Assembly (NCBI GenBank): GCA_973895155.1
Contig: OZ316897.1
Coordinates: forward strand, 14,569,375-14,633,374
DNA length: 64,000 nucleotides
Reading direction: 5' to 3'
DNA from: Marsupella aquatica
Lineage: Eukaryota; Plantae; Marchantiophyta
Shown one piece after another: positions 1 through 10,026 of the stretch; positions within the stretch are counted from its first letter, which is position 1; each line of letters begins with the position of its first letter. The notes beneath the pieces are model-generated. The model had not been told where the DNA came from and did no database searches. It saw only the letters and a program-made list of their open reading frames with translations. A program made the translations under genes and the position numbers.

Positions 1-1439
1 TTTCAATTGCTTCCTTTGATTCATTGTGATTTGATTACTTGGTAGATCAAGCTTTGTTGGGGGCACCGTTTGTCATACTGCGCTAATGCTGGTGAAAGTT
101 GTCTCTGTCTCATGCCCAAAAATGGTGAAGGAACTGATTGTCAACTTCACAGTCGATCACATTTGGTCCTTAGTTCTCTATTTGCGCTTGCATGTTGGCT
201 CTTGGTGAAGGTAAGGGCAGGTCTTGTTTGTGTGTGTCAACTTTGAAAGTTGTCTCATGGTCCTTTCAATGTCAGCTCGACTGTCTATTGTAGTCTGTGG
301 TAGAAAATGTTGTCCTTTCAATGTCAGCCCGATTGTCTGTTGTAGTCTGTGGTAGAAAATGTTGTAGTCTATCTCAATGGTCCACTTCTGAGTTCCCTGC
401 AGTTTGTCTATGAGATTTGGATTGAAAATGCTGGAAGGGAACTGATTGTGAGAAAATGTCAGTGGGATCGACTCCATTGCCAATTTCACATTTTTCTTTG
501 CTTGGAGATTTTGCATGCCTGATTAGTCTATCTTATGTGTTTTACTTCTTGCAAGTAGGATTGTAGGCGCCCTTGCCATAGCAGCGTCCTCAACAACTCC
601 TGTTTCAATCCTGATTAATTGATTGGATTAGTCTCACTGTAAGTTGTTCAACAGTGATTGTTCATAGTGGTATTTGTTCAATGCAATCTTGAATAACATT
701 CATTTGAATGGCTCTATGTTGAATGTGCAGCTTATCCAACAAGAGGATTTGTTCCACGTCTATAGCTTGGAGCCAATAATTGCCAAGGTATATTATCTCT
801 GGCCTAGCTCTGGCTGAAGTTGAATTGAAAGTTCATTTCATGATCTATAGTGAGACTTCCATGTCATGCCGCTATTTTCCAGAGTTCTCAAGATTACTGT
901 TTGTTCAAGTTCTTCCCTGCCCGCTTCCTTGTATCTTTGGTGTTTGGTCTTCTTGGATGTGTTATTATAGATCTTCACTCTAGCAGGATTGATTGGCTCA
1001 AGCTTCTTGCAGATGGATTGGCTTAATTACGATGTAGTCGAAGCATCTTTTGTGTTAGGTCTTCTTGGATTTAATTGTTATTCTAGATCTTGACTCGAGC
1101 TTGCGGGATTTATTGGCTTGAGCTTCTTGCAGGATGGATTGGCTTACGATGTAGTCAAAGCATCTCAGAAGCTTCAGCAATATACCAGGGTTTATATGTG
1201 AACCTTGTGGAAGGAGCAAGCCTCAAGATACACCATTTGTTGCAGCTCTTGCTAGTCAGATAAGAGATCAATAAAAGGTATGCTTTTGTTTATGATATAT
1301 GCTATGTAGTTGCACCAATAACCTCAATTGGCTATTCACTGTTTAATGAATGTTGAGGGGCTACAACATGGATGCTGAGTAAATGAATGTGGTGTGCATA
1401 GGTAAATCCACTATCCAGCAACTTATCCAACAAGCAGAG

Positions 1440-2105
1440 ATGGCTTCTAATGTGCCCAGGATTGACATATTTTCCCACAAGGAGCACCACCGCATGGATC
1501 CTCCTTGTTGTTTCTTTTGTGATGAGACAGATGATGTGGTATTTTGTGATGGGCCTTGTAGTAGACATTTTCACTTTGTTGGTGGAGAAGGTATACATGG
1601 GCCTGCTTGCACTCCTGTCACACTGCCTGAAAACAATGACTGGACGGCACCATGGGTTTGTCAACTATGTGCTGCTGGCAAAGCTAGATGCTTTGCTTGT
1701 GGACTCATTGGCAGATTTGAGCACCCCACAGAAAATGAATCTCTTGTGCTCCATTGTGCCCACCCCGATTGCTTTTCTCATTACCACCCTGGTTGCCTTA
1801 GGGTGTTGCTTATGGTTGCAGCACTGTCTCAAAGGTCTCAGCCAGGGAATCCAAAGAGCCTAATGTGCCCAAGGCACTTTTGTGAGTATTGTAAAGTGTA
1901 CAAGGATGGGATTAAGGACTTTGTCCAGTGTCGTAGGTGCCCTCGAAGTTGGTGTCATGATGAGACAACTGGGGGAGTGAAACACCTTAGGAGGTGTGTG
2001 AAGGGCAGGGACCACTGGGATGTGGAAGGCTGGCGTTTCATTTATTGTCATAGGCATAGAATAGCTGAGGGTGAACTAGTTCTTGTGCAGCCTCATGCTT
2101 CTTAG
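1440..2105 (+). CDS. Stand-alone triple PHD-finger protein (EDM2/NSD-type PHD array), probably transposon-borne
   Basis: CFFC..CDGPCSRHFH..C..WVCQLC; CFAC..CAHPDCFSHYHPGC..CPRH; CEYC..CRRCPRSWCH..YCHRH. Likely ATG at 1440, after a GT(~1278)-AG(1401) 5' UTR intron. Confidence 0.8.
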   Translation: MASNVPRIDIFSHKEHHRMDPPCCFFCDETDDVVFCDGPCSRHFHFVGGEGIHGPACTPVTLPENNDWTAPWVCQLCAAGKARCFACGLIGRFEHPTENESLVLHCAHPDCFSHYHPGCLRVLLMVAALSQRSQPGNPKSLMCPRHFCEYCKVYKDGIKDFVQCRRCPRSWCHDETTGGVKHLRRCVKGRDHWDVEGWRFIYCHRHRIAEGELVLVQPHAS

Positions 2106-2330
2106 AGTTTCACTAGACTAATCACATGTGAACAATGACCAGCAAGTTTTTGTTTGGGTCTTCTTAAAAGCTGGTTTTGAAAAGGTTTTTTGAACAATGT
2201 CTAATTTGCTTCATATTGTGTTGTTTACTGTGTTGTATGACAGGTTCATTGTGTATGGCAGGTCCATTATGTATCTGTGAATGTATTTAGAACCCTTGAT
2301 ACTTTAACCTACTTGAACCAATTCATTGAA

Positions 2331-5300
2331 ATGGCTACCCAGTTTGTAAAACTATTGCACAAAAAAAGGGATGTGGTGACTGATGGGAAAGATGAAGAAC
2401 CAATAGCTGTGTTGGCGTTCAAAGAAGGTCAAACTTTAGTTGATTTTCGAAATCGAATTCCTGATTTGGTTGATTTTGATTTTGATTTCTGGGATTATAG
2501 GCTTCCTGGTCGAATGAAGGTCAAGAGTGAGAAAATGACTGAGCTGTCTGAATTGGATGGGAAAGTTGCTGTCATTGAACAAATTGGATCCTTGCCGACT
2601 GTTGGGACAGAGTTCCCATCGGTTTCTGTTGCTGTCACCCAATCAGTTGCAGTGGACTCTTTCCAAGGTGAACAACTGCAAGAAGCTCCCCCTGTGAGAG
2701 CTTCTTTTGAGTCTATTCTTATGTCTAAGGCAGCTGTCAAAGTTTGGAATGATGAATTTATAAGACTAGAGAAGTGGGTTCAAAAGAATGGTTATAAAAA
2801 TCATAATTGGAGAATTCGTACATGGGATGAAGGACAGGATGTGAGAGGCCATTTAGAGTGTCTTGAGTGCAGAGTTATCTATGGGAGGGCAGACAATTCC
2901 CAAGATAAGAAGTCAATTGCTAATCTGTTTAGCAATTTTAAGACCAAACACCTTGCCTTTGCTAAACACAAAGACAATTACTGTAGGAGAAGGGGAATTG
3001 CTATGATTGGAGTGAAGCCCTCAGATCTTGCACAAAAGCCTGAGTTTGATTATGAGGGGGCCATAGCAACTGGCCTAGAGATAGTACAGAATTTGAATGC
3101 TGAGTGTGGAGGTGATGATGAGCTATTTCATGTGCCCCCTGTGCCTGGTTTAGCCAATAATGCAAACAAGTGGTTCCTGTATAAGGTCAGGTGTAAGGTT
3201 TGTGGGGCAATCATGGATCTGGTTTGTAAGAAGGGGACTTTGGATCACAACCTGAGGACACACTTGGTCAGTCGGGGTCACCTGGATGTAGTTGAAGCCA
3301 GAGAGAATACTGCTGAACTTGCATTGAGATGTGGAAAGAGGGGCAGACCAAGGAAGCCAGATGAGAGGGATCAACATCCTTCACAGAATTCAATTTTAAA
3401 ATTCTTCAAGGAGGATGCTTCCAATGCAAGCAGCAGCTCTGGCACAGGTGGGTCTGTAGACATTGATATGGGCCTAAGTTTGCTCTGTTGGGGAATATGG
3501 GATGAATATGTAGAGTGGAAGAATGTGAAGTATGCTGTGAAGGGTATCTTACAGGATCAGCATGGAGGACATGTATGGGATGTAAATGCCACAGTCTCTG
3601 TTGATGTCTACAATCCTAATACAAATTCTATTGTACATATAGAAGGACTATTTAGGCATAAACAGTGTTGTAGGCTGTCCTTGTATGGTGGGGGGTTTCT
3701 GAACTTAACTTGCAGTAGATGTCATGCTATAACACTAGAAGATGACTTTCGTGGGCGGGTGCACAGGGAAGCGGAGGCTTTAGCAAAGAGAGGGGAAAGA
3801 AGCACAGAGGGTGGTTTGAATGCACGCTACTTGACACGTCCAGAGTTGACCACACAGATGCATGGTCTCAATGTCAAGAGAAGAAAAGAGAGATGGTTGT
3901 TGGCATTACAAACTCAGAAAGTGTGTGCCCTTAGTACTAGGAAGAGAAAATTGCAAGAACTGTTAGGAGTAGCTGTAGACAGAAAAGATTTGAGACTTTT
4001 CCTAATGAGTATAGTCAATGGTCATAGGAATGGTGCATTTGGTGGAAAAGAAGGTCTGTGGGATTTTCTGAAAGATGTAGGTAGAAATTTGGAGAGAAGT
4101 GCAAGGGGGTTTCGTTATAGTCAGAAAACAAAAGCCATAGCTCAGGCTATGTTTCAATATGGGGGCCGGCAGGTGGCCCATGTTTTTGCAAGGAACTTAG
4201 CTGGGCCAAGCCTGAAGACACTAAAACGAGATAGAGCAAAATTTGTTCAATTTCGTGCTGGAAATAGGCCAGAAACATTCAAGGAGGTGGCTCGAATTCT
4301 GTCTGCTGCAAAGGAGATGTTGGGAATTGAAGGACATGTACCTGTCATGCTTGCAGAGGATGAAACTAGGATCAAGGAAAGCCCAAGGTATGTTTGCATA
4401 TTATAGCACATAATGATGCAATTGAAGGTGAAGATTATTTGTGATGCATAGTTTTGCCAATTCTTTGAAATTGACTTGGTTTTCATTTGAAATTGGCTCT
4501 CTGCAGGTGGGAGGCCAAATATGACACTCTGATTGGGTTTTGTGGCCATAAGGATGGGCATACCTGTGAATTTGGATTAGAAATTCTTGTAGGTGATGGT
4601 GAGGATGGCTATAACAAGATTGTAAATACATTTGAGGATTTTAACAAGGGAATGTATGCTAGAGTTGTCATTGTGAATCCATTGCATGTTGGAATGCCAA
4701 AGTTGGCCCTCTGTGCTATATCAACATGTAACAAGTTCAAGGCAGAATGGGTTAGAGAGCACTGGAAGCAATTGAAAGAATCTTGGGATCTGCATTGCAG
4801 AGACTCTGTAGGTCCTTTGCTTGGGCATGCTAGTGATGGTGATGCAAGGCGCAGGAAATTGATGTTAGAAGATTACAGAGGAGCTAATGGGTCTTACCCT
4901 AGGTTTTCTGTAGGGTGGGAAGGATGGCCTTACTCAGTTGCCATATTGCCTAATGGGGACCTATATGGTTTTGGTGATCAAGACCAGCCTCACAATGGGA
5001 AAAAGTTGATTAACCCACTAGATCAAGTGTCCTCAATAATGGCACTTGGAGACCAACATGCTTCCCTATTTCATGTTTGTAATGTGTACAATAACTATCC
5101 AATCTATCAACATGGATTGAATTGGGATGATGTGAACAGATCCGACCATCAAAACTGGGCTGGTCCCCAAAGGATAGCATCAGAAAAGGTGCGTGACTGT
5201 TTAGCAGATCTGCATGGAAGAATTGATCTGTTGCATGAACGAAGTTTGGGGACAGAGTTGTATCTGCAGATTTGTGCAGACTATATTGACATTTTCTACT

Positions 5301-6898
5301 CCCAGAGACATGACCTGAGGACTAGAGTGAAGCTGGCAGGCAAAGTTTCTTGGTTCTTTTGATTGTGGAGGTTGTAGTTGAGGTATGGTGATCATGCTGT
5401 AGGTGGAAATGTTGCTTCACATACAGAGAGAAATATGATTTCAATCCAGGCTTTTCATGATGTTAACATGTCATGTCAATTTATTGTATTGCTTATATGT
5501 GCATTTCGTGATAAGTTTTCTCACTTGTGTATTCCATTTCATGAGTTAGGTTCTGATTGTTGTGAGATATTTTTCAGCAAAGTAGGTGGAATGAGTGGCC
5601 ATGAGAGGAATTATGATTTTGGCTCCTTGTTGGACAGTGCTGTTGGGTTAAATCATCTTGCTGGATTAGAATGTGGACCAGAGGGCTTGAAAGTAGCTCG
5701 ATCACATAAAAAGCAAGATCATGTATGGGCCAAGCTTCATCCTTTACTTGAAGGTGAAGATGCACCTAATCTTTTTGATTACTCTAAAGTGCAAACTAAT
5801 GAGTTGGTGGTTGCAGCCTTGAAAGAAGGTTTTGAAGAAGCAAGAGAGTTTCTTAGAAGGTTACAAATGTCTCCCAGAAGTGATCTGCCAGCGATGTGGA
5901 CTCACCCTTGGGATGTGGAAGTTCAGACATGGCCAGATTCAGCTATAATAGCAGAGGCAGTTATTGTTGACGATTCTGAAGAGCATGTAGAGCACAGATC
6001 TCCAATTGGACCTCGTCCAGAAGGAGATTTTCATGAATTTGAAGACCCTGAGGAAGATCTAAATCGAATTGATGCATGGTTGACAGATGAGCTAACCATT
6101 CCTGATGATGTTTTGCAGGATGGGGTTGAGTTAGACATACCAGAACCTCATTCTGTGGAGGTAGATACTTTGGGGCATGAGGTTCGTCATGTGCTGTCTT
6201 CTGTTGTAGCTGAGTTTACACAGTCTTTTCAGAGCCCTCTACAGGAAAAGAAGAAGGTTTTGCCTATAGTTACATATGAGGGCAGAACAATTTACAAATC
6301 AACTTTGGTGAGTCAACTAGTGGGCAACCCTCATTTGTCTAAAGATAGGCTGACAAGGGTGAAGCAAGTGGCATACTATAATCTTGGTAAGAGGAAACAA
6401 TGTGATCCGAATACTGTGACTTGTTTTGTTGATGTTGGGAGTGATTGTGGAGTAGCATTTGAAAGTGCTAATGATGCAGGCCCTTCTACAAGATCAAAAA
6501 AGGGGAAAGGTAAGGGAAGAGGTAAATCTAGGATTCAAGAGCCAGTAGTGCAAGCAAAGAAAGAATTTTGGCTTGGTCGGATTATGATGATGAGACAAAA
6601 AATTAAAGGACAATGGACTAGAGTGAGATCTGCTATTGATTTGCTTGATAGACCAACACCTCCTCATGGACACGTAGGGAGTATTTGTCAGTTCTTGTTC
6701 AATTGGTATAAGCCAACAAGCTCAAGCAAAGTTGAATTCACTTATGATACAACTGATTTACAATGGATTGATATAGAAATGGTGATGACTAATGTTACTT
6801 TAACCATGAAACAAGGGATTGGTTTAGTGTATGTGATAGATCGAGTTGATAAACAAGCTTTGGATACTTATTTGGAGACCATGTCTAGAGTTGAATGA
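2331..6898 (+). pseudogene. P-element/THAP9-like DDE transposase with one intron (4388-4506) and two in-frame stops (5360, 5375)
   Basis: Motifs EDETRIK..W..DTLIGF (D1), ASDGD (D2), DQPHNGKK.INPL (DxxH), GTELYL..DYIDIF and GSDCCEIFFSKVGG (E). N-terminus has two C2H2-like fingers and an AT-hook (KRGRPRK). A GT..AG intron joins the 709-aa and 291-aa ORFs in frame, and the 506-aa ORF continues that frame. Confidence 0.8.
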
Positions 6899-7483
6899 TT
6901 TTCATGCATCAATAGTCATGGTAGTGGTTTTAGTATGTATAGGGGATAGGTTAGGGGAATAGGCTAGGGGGTGGCAGATTTGGATACTTGAGCTTCTTGC
7001 TCAATCAGGGGTTCAATTCCCCTTTGCCACGGACACTCACCATTCAGATTCTTGACTCAATTCCTTTTTGGTATACCTACCTTTCACATCAGACAAGCAC
7101 AGCAGATTGCAATATGAATAACTCATACTGTATATTGCTGAAGCTTCTACTAGAATTGGTATTCTTAGTGGAAGCATCAACACTATATACTATCAGTTTT
7201 CCATGAGATATGGATGCCTAAGGAGCACATTAGGGTTCAAATAAACTTGACAAAGACCCAGATAAGGTGCGCATTTGAATGAACTTTTCTTTTCTTACTA
7301 AGGGGTGTTTAATTCACAACAAAACTTTACTTAACTATTTTTAGGGGTCAAAATGTTAGGATTTGGAATTCTTCTAAGTATGATAGGGAAGGGGAAATAA
7401 AAATTTTACTTAATAAGTTAGGGGTGCAAGGGTCCAAAACGTCGAGCGTGATATGGGGGTCTCTATATACTGAGGCCCCCGAG

Positions 7484-7995
7484 TCAGACTTCTCCCCTGA
7501 AAGAGTGACTCCCACATTGATCAGCTTCTTGAGAACCGCCTTGACATCAGTAATGTGCTCCCACACAAACTGTCGGATCCCATCACTCCTCAGGGTCTCA
7601 TCCTTCCCTTCAGCCAAGCAACCCTTAATTGGGACATCGTCAATGAACGGTCTTGCTTTTTCCGGAATGAACGGCTCCAAGATTTTACTCATCGCATTTT
7701 GCATATGCGCTACTGAGTTTGTCGCCCCTTGAGGAAGAGTGCACATCCTCAAGAGGCCCAACGGGGTCCTCATAGTCGTAATGTCGCGGCTCTCTTGCGC
7801 CAACTGGAACTGGTCGTAACCAGAAAACAAGTCATCCATGGAATAGATCGCCCTTCCAGCGAACTCCTTCGCAAACTCATCCACGAGTTGCCCAACTCCC
7901 ACATTCCTGATGGTCACCTTGTTCGGAGGTTGCGTATCCTGAATGAACCTCAAGCTTCCATTTTTCTTCCTCACCGTAAACCATCTGTTCGAGTG
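7484..7995 (-). pseudogene. Ty3/Gypsy reverse transcriptase fragment
   Basis: SNRWFTVRKKNGSLRFIQD, DLFSGYDQ, LPQGATNS, FIDD; truncated at both ends. Confidence 0.9.
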
Positions 7996-9839
7996 ACCAA
8001 CTCCTTTGCAGGGATGAACTCAAGCGGGTCAACCGCTTCCGTGGCAAGAAAGTTGACGTTAGCATCTTTGAGTGGGGGTGGTGGCCCCTTCTTCTCTGGT
8101 GCTTCGGCTTGTTGAGCCTTGATTGCTTCCAAGGTTGGACAGTGTGGTGCAAGATGTCCCTCCCCCTTACATAATTGACACAACCGGGAAAAATCTCCGT
8201 TCCCTTGACGTGTGGGCTTCGGGCACACGTTAGCGTAGTGGCCAACCACTCTACAATTGTAACAGATAGGGATCTTTCTTACTCCCGGATACGGTGGCCT
8301 ATTCCCGGGAGTAGCGTTGGAATAGTTGGCATATGGGGGTGCTCCAGCGTTAGTCGAGATCCCATGAATGCTCCTTGGTCCCGGGTTGAGCGGCTGCACA
8401 CTATACACATTGGCCTCCGGTGGCTCCTCCATGAAGTACTCGACTGGCCCCTCCGTTGCATAGGAAGAGGTTGAGTAGCTAGCTCCTTCTACGTCCTCCT
8501 CCCGTACTTGGAAGACCTTGGCTGGTTCTCCCGTTGGACACTCCTTCGGGGCATGACCAAACTTCATGCACTTGGTGCACCACACGTTGGCTCTCTCTAC
8601 TGGAACCTTTCTCCTCTCTGGCTTGAGACTTGCAAAGTGCACCTTCAACGCTTTCATTTGCTCTGTCAACTCATTATACCTGGCCTCTTGCTCCTTGAGA
8701 CGTCTTGCCGTAGACAATGGGGTAACGGCCACCATGAATAGCACAACTTCTCGATGAGTCAACTTCTTGGCCTTCTTGGACAACTTCTTCTTCCTCTTCT
8801 TTCGCTTCTCAGCTTCTGACTCTGTAGTGTCTGACTCTGTAGTGCTCTCAGAGTCCTCGGATTTATCACTACCATCCGACTCGGATTCACTTGATTCCTC
8901 ACTAGAGGAACTGTCCACAGGCTTCAACTTCTTTCTTCGGCAGCGCTTGCTCGTGGCATCGGCGGCAGTGTATGACTCCACTGCTGCAATAGCCTCAGCC
9001 AATGTGGTTGGCTTGGCCTGTCGTACAAAGAACCCCATCTTGCTTGGTAGGGCAGCTACAAACCATGCTTGTCGCATAGCATCGTCGGTACGGGCTTGTA
9101 TTCGTCGTACCAACTTCTGGAATCTTTGCAAGAACCTCCGTAGCGACTCTTTCTTCTTCATCCTAAGTTGACCCACCTTCAACAGGGATGTGGCTTCCAC
9201 TCCAATAGATCGGAACTCCTTCAAAAATGCTTGCTTGAACAAAGCCCAATCAGCTTTCACGTTGGGTAGCAACGAGATGAACCATGGGCCTGCCTCCCCC
9301 CTCATCATTCCGGGAATGATAGTGAGCTTGTGGGCAGATTCTCCTTTGGCTTCAGCGATCCCTTCGAACTCTTCAATCCATTCGTCTGGATCATCTTTTG
9401 GTCTTCCTTTGAAGGGTACGTACTGAACACGGGTACGTTGAGCAGCTGCCATTGGTGCAGCTGGTCCCCGTATCAACACAGGCGGTAATGGCGTATGTTG
9501 GGCCACCGGTAACGGCAATGCTGATAGGTGTGAGATGATTTGTGGCAATGCAATGAGCTCTGGGATCAAATTTGGCCGTAACTCAGACTGCACCAACACA
9601 AAGGGCTCCCCTTCTTCTAGCACATGATCTACGTCTGGCTCTTTGTCTGGATGTATGGCCTCGTTGTGTTGAGACCCTTCTTGCGGCACACCAACTTGTT
9701 CTTCCAGCTCCCGTGGCAACCTCCTCTCTTCTGCAAGCCGTAATCGTTCTTCGGCCGCAACCCAAGAGGGCCCTCGGTCTAGCTCAGGCGTACGTGAGTG
9801 TTGGGGGCTTGCTCTTCCTCCTCTTCTTCCTCTCAGCAT
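7971..9839 (-). CDS. Gypsy Gag, element B (retrotransposon gag domain plus three CCHC knuckles), 3' truncated
   Basis: FKGRPKDDPDEWI..W..FKQAFLKEF; CTKCMKFGHAPKEC, CYNCRVVGHYANVC, CQLCKGEGHLAPHC. Confidence 0.85.
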   Translation of the reverse strand: MLRGRRGGRASPQHSRTPELDRGPSWVAAEERLRLAEERRLPRELEEQVGVPQEGSQHNEAIHPDKEPDVDHVLEEGEPFVLVQSELRPNLIPELIALPQIISHLSALPLPVAQHTPLPPVLIRGPAAPMAAAQRTRVQYVPFKGRPKDDPDEWIEEFEGIAEAKGESAHKLTIIPGMMRGEAGPWFISLLPNVKADWALFKQAFLKEFRSIGVEATSLLKVGQLRMKKKESLRRFLQRFQKLVRRIQARTDDAMRQAWFVAALPSKMGFFVRQAKPTTLAEAIAAVESYTAADATSKRCRRKKLKPVDSSSSEESSESESDGSDKSEDSESTTESDTTESEAEKRKKRKKKLSKKAKKLTHREVVLFMVAVTPLSTARRLKEQEARYNELTEQMKALKVHFASLKPERRKVPVERANVWCTKCMKFGHAPKECPTGEPAKVFQVREEDVEGASYSTSSYATEGPVEYFMEEPPEANVYSVQPLNPGPRSIHGISTNAGAPPYANYSNATPGNRPPYPGVRKIPICYNCRVVGHYANVCPKPTRQGNGDFSRLCQLCKGEGHLAPHCPTLEAIKAQQAEAPEKKGPPPPLKDANVNFLATEAVDPLEFIPAKELVTRTDGLR

Positions 9840-9989
9840 CCCATTAGACCTGCATGCCAAGCTCACAAAAATAATATCACCAACAAATCTTCCTCAAAAC
9901 ATCAACCGTCGCAAGCTGCGTTGTGGTTGATACGCCTGAACTCCAAATAGACGTAGCTCCCCTCCTCCTGCAACCAACAAGGAGAAGGA

Positions 9990-10007
9990 TCCTCGGCAGC
10001 GGCGCCA
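9990..10007 (-). promoter_or_regulatory. Primer-binding site (tRNA-Asp-like) of Gypsy element B
   Basis: TGGCGCCGCTGCCGAGGA, two mismatches from the Athila-type PBS TGGCGCCGTTGCCGGGGA; lies directly upstream of gag. Confidence 0.75.
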
Positions 10008-10026
10008 AAAACAAGGACCACACTTA

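Larger units (their letters stand above)
1..7483 (+). mobile_element. P-element-like DNA transposon, left end outside the window, inserted into a Gypsy RT
   Basis: Contains a DDE transposase and an adjacent PHD ORF. The right terminus read inward is CTCGGGGGCCTCAGTATATAG...ATCACGCTCGACG, matching termini at 41374, 52993 and 54834. The Gypsy RT frame breaks at this junction (SGEKS|). Expected TSD is TCAGACTT (7484-7491). Confidence 0.8.

Noticed and set aside
2060-2280. Spliced PHD-transposase fusion protein
   Set aside because: In-frame acceptors exist but there is no convincing phase-matched donor in the PHD ORF; unsupported without RNA data.
7461-7472. CA..TG-type transposon end at 7472 (CAGTATATAG)
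   Set aside because: Alignment with three other termini and the RT breakpoint show the end extends to 7483.
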